Source: Felis catus
Lineage: Eukaryota
DNA: 64,000 bases
Assembly: GCF_018350175.1 (NCBI RefSeq)
Contig: NC_058368.1
Span: 118,174,001 to 118,238,000 of the forward strand
Reading direction: 5' to 3'
Shown here: positions 35,796 to 48,769 of the stretch, in pieces
How the letters are laid out: each line of letters opens with the position of its first letter
How positions within the stretch are numbered: the stretch's first letter is position 1
Program-made: the position numbers and the translations under genes
The notes under the pieces: generated by a model
Database searches by the model: none
What the model was told of the DNA's origin: nothing
The model's input: the letters and a program-made list of their open reading frames with translations, nothing else

Positions 35796-38700
35796 AATCA
35801 TCACCGTCACCGCTGTCATCAATTCAGGATCTCCTCAGCCCAAGACCACACCTTTACAGTACCTTTCTGACTGGTTTTCCCACCTTTTCCACATGATAGC
35901 CAGAGCTATCTCAGTTTAATGGAAATGTGGAGTGATGACCTACCTGCAGAATGTCTCCGTTGGTTCCTTCTCGCCCAAACGTAGAGTTTAAGCTTCATCC
36001 TGCCTTAAAGCACCTTCCCAAATTCCCCGGAGTCTGCCTTACCAGCTTCACCTCTGGCTAGCTATGCCGCTCACCATCCTTTAAACACGCCATTCTCCTT
36101 TGCATTTCTCTGTCCTAATGTGTGCTGTCTCCTCTCCTCTGATTGGAGTGATTGTAACAGCAGTCATCATTAACACTTACCTTGCGTTCTGTGCAGTCCG
36201 AATCAATTGGTTCATTTAAGGCCCACAGTAACCTGATGAGGGAGGTTTTCATATTCTCCCCGTATTAGAGATATGGAAACCACCTCCTGAAGAGTGGAGA
36301 TGGGTCACTCCAAGCTTGTGCCCTATACCTGGAAGGAAAGTGACATCACATACACACAGTTAACTGAAAAGAAATCACCTTTACCAACTCAGGAGAGAGA
36401 GGGGGTGGTGAGGGAGGGAGGAAGGAGAAAGATTACAGTAAATAGTGTGGGTGAGCTGCTGACATTCTACTCCATGCATATGTGCTCCCTAGGGAGTGAG
36501 AGGAGGCAGGCCTCTGCTGTATTCCCTGTTTTCCAAGCCTCTTGTACTGGAAACACTTGGCTGGCTGAATGTGATCACAGGGCTTCATTATTCACAGTGT
36601 TCATATGACACAGGTGCCCCCCAAATGCATGCCAGTTACTCACTGAGAGATGGTACTTCTATCTCTGGGAGCTTTTCAGGGCTCTCTTTGACTCTCCTTT
36701 ATGAGCACTCTCCAGTTCCTATCAATGAGTGAGGTGACAGTCCATCATCCTGCTTCCCTCCCCTCATCTCCCCACGGTCCTGCTTCCTTTTCTCACTTCC
36801 CCACCTGGTACACACCTGCTCAGCTCTTCTGACACAAGTTGAACATCACTTCCTTTGGAAAACTTTCCCTGACTGCCCCGGGAGAGAATTTTTCCTCCCA
36901 CCTGTGCTCCTGTAGCATCCTGCATGGATTTCTTTCAGTGCTCTCTTATGTTGTATTCTGACGATTTGTTTATAAACCATGTTCCCCAGCTAAGTGGTGG
37001 AGTGCTCACTCCCCATGTCTGTTTCAGTAACGCCCTCCATAGCGGAGATTCAGAAACTGTCTTCTCTGTTTGCTTGTCAGGAAGTCAGGTCTCTGTGTCT
37101 TCCAGAAAAAGGGATGAGATTGATTCAGAATGCTTATTGTAAAGAATCACTCATATTTCTTACGGAATCTGGAGCCCCCCAAATAATCTATTCTGTCTCT
37201 ATTCACTTTCTGTCTCTTTGGTTTCTTTGTCTTTCCCCCAAGGTGACTGTTTGACTGTAGGACTTTAAGAAACCACACTCTACAGGGCAGTGTGGTCTGT
37301 TGAGTTTTCCTCATGAGACCTGTGTAAATATATTTACGTTCTTTATTTTCATCCCCAGATTAAGACATCTCCACCAGCCAGACAAACCCCCCCCTCCAAA
37401 CCCAGAAATTGGCACCATCTCTGAAGAGTTTCCAAGTTGCCTTTCTGGTTTTTGTTTTTGTTTTTTGTTTTTTGTTTTGTTTTTTTATCTTATGAAGGAT
37501 GTGGTTTTTGGTTATGTGATTCTTTTTAAGCCGCTTCATTTGTGTTTGGACTGATTAATAGCATAGCTCCCCAAACTTGGACAGAAACATCAAATTCAGA
37601 ATCTCTGGAAGCACAGCAGTAAGAAGCTAATTAGTTCGTGTTTTCCATATGAATGAGACTCAAATACACAATCACTGCTTCCTTGTTCTATCTCTCACCC
37701 TTGACTGTGCTGGCAAACCTTACTCTTCCTTTTCGATATCAGGGGATTTGTTGGGAACGAAAAAACATTTTCCTGTACTCCACCTGCTGGATGGAATGAA
37801 TAAAAGCCTGGGGGAAAGGTCGAAATACTTAGCAAATATAACCTCAGCCCCTCAAGTTTCAAGTCTGGAATACATTTAACAGTCCCAGACCAGAACCATG
37901 CCTGGTGATGCTGCTTATTTGTGTCCTTTGGCAGAGGGTCTGGGGAAGTGTTACAATTCAGTTGTGTAGGACAGAGAAAGAGGGGGAGAGAATGATTATG
38001 TATACATAGCGTCAACTCGGTTCTCTACAGATGATGGAGAATGGAATCCACCTAACTGCCCTGTTCCATCACTGGCCTCTGCTTTGCCAACTAGCCTCAA
38101 TTTACAACATGCTCCCTATCCCTTGGTCACCACACTTGAGTCTCATTGGCATTGTGTTCCCTCCTGCCACAGGACCTTAGCATATGCTGCTGCCTCTATA
38201 TGAAATGTTCTTTATAACACACACTGTATTTCTTTACCTACTCAACTCTTACTCTTCTTTCAAATATCAGCTCACTTCCTCTGGGAAGCCCTTAAGTAAG
38301 TTAAATCCCCTTGTTATATATCCTGAAGATTCTGGATACTTCTCCTTTGTAAGCATCTGGCACACTTACAATTTTACATTTCTCTGTGTGATCCTTTGTA
38401 TAAACTCCTTCCTAATGTATGGTACATATATGGCACAAATGATATGCAGGTGTTCATTTTTTATTTTATTTTAAAGTTATGTGTTTATTTTAATGTGTAT
38501 TTTAAAAAAATCTATATGCTAATGGCTTATCCTTCTGTGAACATTTTAGCTTACATTGGGCCTACAGTAGATAAAACTGCAAATCCACCATCCATAAGCC
38601 AGAGGAAATAGAGGTATGGTGATTGGGCAATAGGCATATAGGCAACAGTTTTGGAAGCAGTATGCAAATGACTGAAATTTGGAAATATGTTGATATGCTT

Positions 38701-39071
38701 CTCCTCCCTGGAATATAAGCTCCAGAAAAGAGATCTTTTGGGCACCATTGTCCCTACCAGGCTTGGTGCATATTTGGGCCTTGATAAGTATTTGTTGAAA
38801 GACTTGACAAGTGATTGAATGGACAATGTAGTAACTGAACACATGCCCCTCCTAAGTGACATCAGGCCGGCCATAGATCAAACAGTACGAAAGAAGGTTG
38901 AGACTTCTCTTGAGGATCACCCATATGGATTCACAGCGGAGACAGATTGGATCTTTGTAGACTTAAAACATTCAGCTTCAGATGCCCAAGGCTTCTGTCA
39001 AGTCACAGGGTTGTAGGCGACCTTTGCAGTTATCCTGCTCAAAGTAGTGCCTCTAGCATCCTGGGCAGGTA

Positions 39072-39432
39072 ACTGTCCCAGGCTGGGCTCCCTGAGAAGC
39101 AGACTCTGAGGTGCAGATTAGCCCTGCCAGAAGTCATTAGGGTTTCACCTAATGCGGGAAGGGAAGGAAGCAGGATAGGGCAGAAGGAGAAGTAAGGCGG
39201 TCTCAGTAGGAGCCTTGGTGCACTTACTGAGAAGTTCTGAAGCCAGAATGATCCTTGAGCGCTGTCCAGAGCTGAAGCAGAGGAGCCAGGCCATTATGCC
39301 CCTGCGCAGATCCCCTCCGAGGGGCGTGCCCTCAGGCAAGGCATCTCTCTTCACCTAGGCCATCCCTGAAGGGTGCTGATGGCTTCATCTCTGGAGGGAG
39401 ACCTGGGCGATGCGTCTCAGAGCCTACCACCA
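39072..39432 (-). mobile_element. LTR16-like ERVL LTR
   Basis: Begins gtcccaggctgggctccctgagaagcagactctgaggtgcagatt (reverse of the LTR16 3' end). Confidence 0.6.
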
Positions 39433-39761
39433 GTGACTGTCCAGTCTCTGAATCCAGGAGTTGCAGAGATCAGCTGCTAAATGTGGCTGTGCTTCACCCA
39501 TGGTTGGAATGGCTGTAGTTGTCAGAAGTTGATGGGTTTTTTTCTTTATACTGAACCCAAACTCCTTCCCTGCCAAGTTCTAAATACCTGCATTCATTTT
39601 GACTACGGGAGCAAGAAAACTAAAATAACCCTTGAGCTATCTGAAGCAATCTAGAGCATCTCATTTTAAATCTCTTAACCAATCACACATAGTTTCCTCA
39701 GCTCTGTTCTTGTACGTGGTTTTCTGGCCCCTCACTATTCATTTGCCATCTTCTATATAAC

Positions 39762-39990
39762 TTTTTTTTTAATTTGTAAAGCTTCATTGTTTTAATGTTT
39801 ATTTATTTTTGAGAGACAGAGACAGTGTGCGAGTAGGGGCGGGGCAGAGAGAGGGAGATACAGAATCCGAAGTAGGTTCCAGGCTCGGAGCTGTCAGCAC
39901 AGAGCCCCATGGGGGGCTCAAACCCACAGACTGCGAGATCATGACCTGAGCCGAAGTTAGACACTTAAACAACTGGGCCACCAGGTGCCC
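39762..39990 (-). mobile_element. SINEC
   Basis: Reverse-complement element. Confidence 0.92.
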
Positions 39991-40769
39991 ATGTAAAACT
40001 TCATTTAAGATGTGCCATGTACAAGTTAAGCTTGGGATCAGTCAAGACTTTTACATCTTCTTCCAATGAATTGCTATAAGGCGAGATCTCTCTAAATGTA
40101 AGTTCCTGGAAACAATCACTGGGAACCTAAGTGGAGACTCTAAGATCATCATTAGCCCTATCTTATAATATGTAGAATTGTATTTATTCTAAAATAATTG
40201 CAAACTTTTATTTAATCCTTTTTGTATGCCAGATACTGCATTAACGATACTTGCATGCCTCCATTTCATTTGACCCTCTCAACAAGCTTGTGAGAGCTGA
40301 TACTCTTTGGGTCCTCATTTTATGCAGAAGGTCATGGAGGGCAGCTACATCAAGTCACTTGCCCAAAGTTACCAAGTCAATACACGGAGGAGCCAGGATT
40401 GCAACTGTTGCTCTGACTCCCAAGCTACCGTCTTCTGTATATGTATATGTATCTGTGTCTGTATATGTATATTACACTGATTTGGGTTGATTTAAAATCA
40501 CAAATTACCTTACTATTTCACTGAAAAAGATAGAATAAAATACCAAATACAGGAAAATATAGCAAATATTTAAAGAAAGTACCTTGAAAGTACGTGGTGG
40601 TCTTTGGAGAGGCTCAGAGGGCTTAGAAAATAGTGATTTTTTTTTTTAAAGGGAAGAAATCCAAAACCACGGATGCCTTCCTTTAGGGTGTCTCCATCCA
40701 CTACTACGATAAGCTTGTTAAGGGCAAGGACCACATGTATTCATCTATGTCTAGTGGAGTAACTACATC

Positions 40770-41602
40770 ATGGTTATGCCAGTTGTCAGTCTGTTGTCTC
40801 TCTGCTCTGAATCCATTCTTTGCCTTGTTTTTGTGACACTGCAGCTGGGCCCTAGAACCCCTTCTCCTTTACCAGCTGATGTAACTTAGGGTTTGTCAGC
40901 AGAGGGCACTGGAGGGACACCTCGAGGGGAAGGGGCTTGTCTCTGGGGTTCTTGTGCTTTTCTTCTTGCTCCCATGGCACTGTGGCCACCGGGCAGCCTC
41001 CTGCACAACACTGGCTCTGCAAACTGCTTCCAGAGGGTTCCACTAGCGCCCCAATGGGAAGCTCCCTGAACCGCCACAGTGAGATCCCCCACCATCCTTG
41101 GGCCACAGCCACCCCCCTTTGCCAATGAAGTCTGAATCTCATCCCTGAGAGAAGGCCCCCTCTCAAGTTTCTTCATTCTGTGATTAATTTCCTTAGCCTT
41201 GGGATAGAAGCCACTCCCTGCATCTGCTATTCCAGTATTGCATAGAGATCCCTTAACGCCTTAGTAGTTAATCTCTTTTTATTAGTTAATAATTCTTGCC
41301 ATTACAGTTTCCCTGTTCACGGGGCGCCTGGGTGGCTCAGTCGGTTACGTGTCCCACTTCGGCTCAGGTCATGATCTCACGGTCCGTGGGTTCGAGCCCC
41401 ACGTTGGACTCTGTGCTGACAGCTCAGAGCCTGGAACCTGCTTCGGATTCTGTGTCTCCCTCTCTCTCTCTGACCCTCCCCCGTTCCTGCTCTGTCTCTC
41501 TCTGTCTCAAAAATAAATAAACATTAAAAAAAAAAAAAAAAGAATTTCCCTGTTCACATTGTTGGTGGGTTTCAGTTTCCTGATCGGACCCTCGCTATCT
41601 CA
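40770..41602 (+). mobile_element. LTR33-like ERVL LTR interrupted by a SINEC
   Basis: tgtcagtctgttgtctctctgctctgaatcc...tttgtcagcagagggcactggaggga...ttccctgttcac...tttcctgatcggaccct. Confidence 0.65.
41321..41541 (+). mobile_element. SINEC with TSD tttccctgttcac
   Basis: Full element. Confidence 0.95.
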
Positions 41603-43620
41603 GTGCCAGGTACTCAGTAAATGACCAATGAATGAATGCGTTAGTGAGGGAATTGAGGAAAAATGCTTCACTTTCACCTTATTGCTCCTGTTTATTCTTG
41701 AGAACTCAACTGTATGGAGTAGCCCTCTGCCCTATCAAACTCTTTCCAAATGTGCAGGTTGCTTGAGAGTTACACATTTTCAAGAAATCTATAAAACCCA
41801 TATCTCTTCTTCACTTGGGTTAAATATTCTAGGACAGGTTCCAGAGGGAGCAAGGATAATAAGGAAACAAGTTTCTCTCTCATCTGTCCCCTGTGCACAT
41901 CTGCCCTGCATTTACAATTTTATCCTGTATTATCAGAAGTAATCTGGCTAGTCCTAAAACCTGCACCATTTCCCAGGTCAGACTCTGGGCTCGTAATGCA
42001 AGTGTTTTGTTTTGAGAAACCCATAGATCATACTGTTCGTTTCTACAGGACACTACTGAACTCTCAGCATAGTTGACATCTCAAACTATGAACAGTCTTG
42101 TCTTTACAGTCTGGACAAGGCAAGTTAGTATACAGTGACTTTCCTAAAACTTATTTTGGAGAAAAAAAGTTTTGGTTCAAGGCCTATCAGTAAAATAATC
42201 TAACATCTTGCCCTTCGGTATCCCTGGGTGAGACTAAAATAAATTTCTCTTCAGGCAGGAAAATAAGGATGAAAACCCCAACGATACACGTCTCTGTGAC
42301 AACTTGGACAAACTGCCTGTCTACACCTACATCCCCAAACACTGCAACTAAGCGAACCAAGTCCTGAAATTGAACACACTTCCAAACAAGGAATGCCCAA
42401 GGCTTCATTAAGGCTGATAGAAAAGCCCATGAAGGACATGGTGAGGTTTTGCTTAGTTATATAATAAAATAGACAGTAATGTTTAGCTGCTAAATGTGTA
42501 AATTTAGCCTGTGTGACAGTGGGTAGCTAAGAGGGAAGGAAGCAATTTAGGAAATACCTCCTTCCCATATCACAGACATTCTCAGCCCCGTCAGAAGACC
42601 CCCAAACTAGGTCCTAAAATACTTGCTTTTATAAAGCAAACCCACCTCCAGCTTCAGGCTGTGAGTGACCTGGTTTCTTTTTTAATTTTATGACTAGGGT
42701 GGAAAGCTAACAGTGCAGTATGTCATGGTCAATATATCAACTGCAAAGTAGGTACAATGATACAGAAAGATCCCAGTAATGCTTTAGTACATTTCCCTTG
42801 TAACTTCAGAGACTCTTAGATGAATCACTGGGGTCCAGAGGGTCCTATGTCAGATCCCGAGATCTCAAGCTCTTACGTTCTCTAACTGGGCTTTAGAATA
42901 AATTTTATGTACAATAACAAGGGAGTTTCTTTCTGGGCATAGAGGACAGGTTTAAGGAGTGGAGGAGGAAGGAGGGGGTGTGCCACTTTTCACAAGCCAT
43001 TATTTCAGTTTTAACGGTTGTCGAACAAATGCCTAGTGATTTTGAAATGGAGAAGACACAAACAAGTCCCACTGCTAGGTTGGGCTTAAGTATTCTTATA
43101 TTGGACTACTGCTCCTACAAATAATTTTTTTTTTTTTAATTTGTGAAAGTGCAGTTGTTTGATGTGTCACTATTACCATACTCCTCAATGTGACAGTGAC
43201 ACAAGAGCACTTATGGTTAGGGTTCCCCTCCCCTCCCCTTCCCACCCCATGGCAGATAGGCTGTCTGTCACTCAGATAAATATGGAAGGCAACGACTTTA
43301 TTATATGTTTGCCTTTTGTTGTCAAGTTCACCCATAAGAGGCCAATGCTCAGCTAGCCTAACCCTCTCAAACACTTGGGGCACAGAGTTATGTTTTCATT
43401 TGGTTCAGCAAAGATGAAAAATTTTGAATCCCTGTAGAAGATGCATTCCAGTAGCAATGGTGTTTATCTTATCACCGAGTTATGGGTGGCAAACTCTTCT
43501 GGTAGGTCAGAGAGCAGTTGCCAGAAAGTGATGGAGGCTGGCGGGGATGGTCAGAGATCCTGGGCACCTAGCCTTCTCCTGGCTCAGTCTACTTTTCATG
43601 TCTTGTTTGGAAATGGTTAT

Positions 43621-43814
43621 AGAGGTGCCTGGGCGGCTCAGTCAGTTAAGCGCCCGACTTCAGCTCAGATCATGATCTCACTCTCTGTGAGTTTGAGCCC
43701 CGCATCGGGCTCTGTGCTGACAGCTCGGAGCCTGGAGCCTGCTTTGGATTCTGGGTCTCTTCCCTCCCCAACTTGTGCTCTGTCTCTCAAAAATGAGTAA
43801 ATGTTAAAACAAAT
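43621..43814 (+). mobile_element. SINEC with TSD gaaatggttata
   Basis: Full element. Confidence 0.93.
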
Positions 43815-44332
43815 TTAAGAAATGGTTATAAGATAGGAATTTGGAGGTAGGGGAGCAAGAGGGAGTAATGAAGTGAAGACTGCAGAAGTTGGGGAGAGGA
43901 TGACCTCCAGCCCCACAATGATGAGAATTCCAAAGGAGGGGAGGGGTCCAAAGTCCTCAGGGCTGTGCAAGCAGAAACGTGATGACAGCATTGGGGACAA
44001 TAGAGGCAGCAGTGTGTGCCTGTGAGACCAGCATCCTTACACTCATTCTGCAAGATTAGTGGCAAACCAACTAAGAGAATTCACCAGGCCCTCGGAACAG
44101 ATGGTTCCTGGGTAACAGGATGTCCCCCTTGTCTTTGAACAAACCGCATCTTTGAAAACACTGAAGTCATAATGCAGGATCCTAATTGGGTCTTGTCATC
44201 TTAAGGAAGAAGACCAGTTGCTTTAAGCCAGTTTTTTCAGAAAACTGTGGTTGTGACCTATTGAGTTGTGACCCAATTTAATGGATCTTTGACCAGCATG
44301 TTTTAGTGGAATGTAAGAGAAAAAAATGCATC

Positions 44333-44349
44333 ATATATATATGTATGTA

Positions 44350-44396
<47 letters not shown>
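44333..44396. repeat. (TA)/(TG)/(TA)n compound microsatellite
   Basis: Read directly. Confidence 0.93.
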
Positions 44397-44399
<3 letters not shown>

Positions 44400-45276
44400 T
44401 TCCTGACCTTCTTTGTTTCAGTTGTGTGTATGTGTGAGGGTAGGCATGTGGTGGGTTGTGATGGAAAATGTAGTTCTTACAGTGGATCAAACTCCAAAAA
44501 GCAGGAAAATAAGAGGTTTAGGTGACTTTGAAAGGAAAAGGAGGGATTGATTTTGGCATGTAATTCGTAGAAGGGACAAACACTGCACAACGCTTTTTAA
44601 TTCGTGCACGTGCTTGTGTGCGTGTACCTGTGTGACAGCCGGTGTAAATGTGTGTGTATATGTGTCAGTGTTTGTGGGCATGATCTGATTCTGCCACAAG
44701 GTCTAGCCAACAGTATACTTTCTCCTAAGAATAAGAAGTCAGAAGGTTGACAAGTTTACTTAAAGAGATGTTGTGTAGTATGATAACAGTTTCAGAAGAT
44801 CTGATGGGCAAACCCATCACCCTTCATCAAGACGCTTGAGATGCAAGAGATAACCCGTTTGTCCTTGACTTAGAGTTGTAAAGTCCTTCATTTTTTCCCC
44901 AGGTCACAGTATCTTTGCTTTAGCACAAGCTGGTCAGCTGTACAATAGTAGCATACTTTCATATTTTCTCATAATTTACACTGTGAAGGAGAAGTGTCAG
45001 TTAATTATGGTGCTTGGTTCTTCAATTCCCTGAATATACCTCCCTGATGTATCCCTAGAAAAACACTAATATTGCCTTAGGTTTCCAAACAAAATGAAAA
45101 ATGTTTCTACCTTAGCTTTTCCTGTCAGCCTGTAATGTCTCCCTTCCAGTGACAAGCTATGTGTCGAACACAAAGCAGCCACACCTGATGGATGCCTGGG
45201 ACAGACCTTCCACGGGAAGATGAGACATCGTGATGTTCCCAAACTCAGAGAGACATTATCGCCTTTTAGTGGAACG

Positions 45277-45282
45277 TTTATT
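45277..45282 (-). terminator. FGF1: Distal polyadenylation signal AATAAA
   Basis: tttatt on the plus strand, followed on the minus strand by a GT/T-rich stretch (aatgtctctctgagtttggg). Confidence 0.65.
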
Positions 45283-47307
45283 AATACTTGTAGGGTGCCA
45301 AAATTAAAGAGACAGTGATGTAAAATGACAGGTGTCTTCTTCATCAGAGGTCTGCTTCGCAGCCCATGGGCTCGGTTCGTTTAGGCAGTCTATTCTAACA
45401 AGGCTGGGGAGCTGGGCTCCATTGCCTCTGACACAAAGCGAGGACCTCCATCTTTAGTAACGTATGATGCGGTAGTCAGTTTTTGGTAAGCACACACTGT
45501 TGGCCGGGGGAGGCTCTAACTATCCCCTCCAAGGAAACAGATCACTGCCACCTCCACCGCCATCTTGCAAACAATCAAAAGCGTAAATGCTCCTGATGCT
45601 TTGTAGAGAATATCAGGCAGTTCTTAACAGTTGGCCTGAAAATGAATCCACATGAGAGACGTGTGACAAGCAGATGGCTACCTCACTTACTCAAGGAAAA
45701 GAGAGAGAGGGCAACAGGAACACTCCGTGTGTAAGGAACTCGAATGGAGCAGGGAACTGCCACCTACTTCCTTCTTACAAGATCTGATAGGCTCTTTTCC
45801 CAACTTGAAACCGGTCCTCCTAAAGCTGTCATGGTTCTACAGTTGGAAATATTAGGTTTACCTGGCCAGGTCCTCGGATACTTTGATGGGGGTTATCTTA
45901 TACTGGGTATTGCAAATTCTTCCAGAACCTGGGTTTCTGAGACTTGCTGTTTATTCAGCAGCAACCTACAAAGTCTCTGTTTTTAACTTGGCTGAAATAA
46001 ATGAATCCACAGCATCTTTCATCATAAATATAATGCCCTGGGAGAGAATACAGCAGAAAACCAGACAGACATTGTTTCCAGGTTCCCCGGTACCCGGTAC
46101 AGTGCCTGACACACAGTAGGCACTGAAAAAAATACTCAGTGAATGAATATATGAATGATGACCGGGTGGAGGCTGGCAAGGCCATGATAGTGTTTCTTCT
46201 AACTGCTTTGGGTCTTTGAAAACACAAGCTTCCATCTCATCTGTTAGCAACATTTAATTTTTCTTGGCCAATGTTATATTTGAATTTGATTCATACCCTA
46301 AAAATTATGGACCATTATATATCTTAGATTTCCTCTCTGCATACCCTTTTCTGGCCAAATCTTCATAGTAAAGAAATGTTAAACCACACTGCACTATCTC
46401 CAGCTTGCCTGGAAGGATTTACTAAAATAAAATAGAATGGTCTTATCCAAGTTACAAAAACAAAGTTCTGAAGTCGTTTTTCTCTACAAATGCAGAATGA
46501 TATTATTAATCGCAGCATTAACTTAGTTTGGTTCCTCAATTGCACTATATTGCTTTGAACCTTCACAAACCATCTTTTTTTTTTTCATCATAAATATGAC
46601 AATGCAATTATAAGGAGTTATTTTTTCCGTTAATAATGTCAATTCCTTAGAACATGAGCTAATATTCTCATCAGTTTGTATCCACAGTTACCCTCTTGTT
46701 GCTTAAGCGTCCCTGTTTTCAAAGGAAAACTTGTAATACCACAATTGAAAACAAAGTACAATCTCTTTTTATAGGTAAATGTAGTACAAGTAGTAGATAA
46801 TTGAGGAGCTTATACATCATGTCCTATGATTATCATTCTCAGTGGCTGAATGCTAATCAGTTAACTGCCTTTGAGCTATGTATTTATAAATGTGATTAAA
46901 ACATACAGTCTCACAGTAAATTTAAATGGCCTATTAAAGACCTTTACATGGCAACAGTATCATATGTCAGAGATGAATGTTGTTTCTAATTTGCTAGCCA
47001 CTTGGGTCAAGTTTACTCTAAGCAGGAAGCATATTTATACAAGTAATCGTAACACAAATGGTCTCTTGAGAAAAGCTGTTTGTGAGGGTTTAACATTTTT
47101 GAAGTATGCTTTTGTATATATTCTAAACGGGTATTTTATAGGCACTGGGCCAAAGCGCCTTAAATCCATGTTCCTTAGCACGGGCCTAACTGCTCCTGAT
47201 GCTGCCTGAGTGTTCAGGAAGACTCGTGGGGTATGCGTTTTTTATGGGCAAGGCAAGAGAGGCTCGGGGGCCTTGGGCCCCCTTCCTTTGGACAGCATGC
47301 TTCAGGA

Positions 47308-47462
47308 CTCTGCTACTTTAAGTATGGTGGGGGGGGGGTGCAAGAGGAAACAGCAGCATCTGTAGCACCTGGGGGCTTGTTAGAAATGCACAGACTGCAC
47401 CCCAGAACCTCTGAATCAGAACCTACACTCAAACACGATCTGCATGTGATTTGTAAGCATTG
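47308..47462. mobile_element. MER5A-like hAT DNA transposon relic in the FGF1 3'UTR
   Basis: cagcagcatc...cacctgggggcttgttagaaatgca...ctgaatcagaac resembles the MER5A consensus. Confidence 0.7.
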
Positions 47463-48375
47463 CCTGGGACCCCAAAGCCTCTGCTTTCTGGGGACCAGGC
47501 ACAGTCATGGTGTCCCTCCATCTTTCCTTCTCACTTCTGGAATCAACCTCTTTAGAGGAAATCATCCCCTCAGCCCACGTTGCCTTTCTTTCTCAGCACT
47601 CCCACACCCCAGACCCAAATGAATTTACCAATATCTGATGTTTTTGCTTTTATCAAGAACCCACTTCTCATGCTGTCCATCTGACATCATCCAGGGGCTT
47701 CCTGCTGCCGAATTATCTTGGGAAAGTCACGGCATTGTAATGACTCCCAATGCTATGCATTTATTCTGCTTTCCTGTGGGCTGAAGCTCCCATCCTTCAT
47801 TTATTCTACACTGAGAGCCCACCAGAACCCAGTCTCCCCTTGCCATCTTAATCCCTTCTGTTCTCAAGGGGAGATTTTCTTCATCCTAGTTTCTACTCAT
47901 GGAACACTGCCTTCCCCTAACCTAGCCATAAGCTTCCCTGCTAATATTTGTGGGGTGTTGAAAGGACGAAAGGGCATCATGCCAAGTGTTTCGGGGAATC
48001 ACAGACAGGATTTTCTCAGTAGAGGGAATTGTATGCGGTTACTAATGACCCTGGCAGCTCCCTGAACACACTTCATTTGGCCCCGCCTTTGCAATTGAGA
48101 GGCTCAGCCTGCAGCAGGTGCCCAGAGGCAACTGGGCATCCACACACCCAGACTGGCCAGCCAGTTGGCCCCTAGGAGCTATTTGATCCCTCTGTTCAAA
48201 ACTGTGCTGGGGTAAAAGGCTCTGCAAAAAAGTGAACTGGGCATTTGGAAGCGCACTGCTTACAATTTCAGGCTCTGTGGGCCAGGGGTTAGTGCAGCCA
48301 ATAGTCAAGGGGACAACCTGGGGTCAGCTGGGTGAGGACCTCCTCTGAAGTGGTCGGCACCCAGGAGAGATTTCT

Positions 48376-48570
48376 TTAATCAGAGGAGACTGGCAGGGGG
48401 AGAAACAAAATTGCCTTCTGGCCATAGTGAGTCCGGGGACCGCGTTTGCAGCTTCCATTCTTCTTGAGACCCACAAACCAATTCTTTTCTGCGTGCTTCT
48501 TGGATGTGTAGGTGTTGTAATGGTTTTCTTCCAGCCTTTCCAGGAACAAGCATTCCTCATTTGGTGTCTG
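48376..48570 (-). CDS. FGF1: FGF1 coding exon 3 ([64 protein letters not shown])
   Basis: 195 nt including TAA at 48376-48378. Acceptor tctttttag|CAG is in frame with exon 2. The heparin-binding [11 protein letters not shown] segment and C-terminal LPLPVSSD are diagnostic. Missed by the ORF track. Confidence 0.98.
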   Translation of the reverse strand, partial: QTPNEECLFLERLEENHYNTYTSKKHAEKNWFVGLKKNGSCKRGPRTHYGQKAILFLPLPVSSD

Positions 48571-48769
48571 CTAAAAAGATACAACGGCAAGAGAGTAGAA
48601 TTACTAGTGATTAGTTTTCAGTGAAGTTTCTCTGTTTACTAGCCGTGTGGCCTTGGGCGAGTTCACTGAGGCTCTTTATGCTTCGGTTTCTTCTTCAGGA
48701 AAATTGAGATAATAGTGGAACCTATATCTGAGGGTGGTAATGAGGACATAGAGTAGGACCCAGCACATA

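Larger units (their letters stand above)
45255..48375 (-). other. FGF1: FGF1 3'UTR (about 3.1 kb, longest form; 3' end approximate)
   Basis: SINEC-free, mostly unique sequence from the stop codon to AATAAA at 45277-45282. Length agrees with the long 3'UTR known for FGF1. Confidence 0.7.

Noticed and set aside
48324..48624. ORFs 48324-48590(-) and 48427-48624(+)
   Set aside because: Alternative-frame and antisense shadows of FGF1 exon 3, with no independent support.
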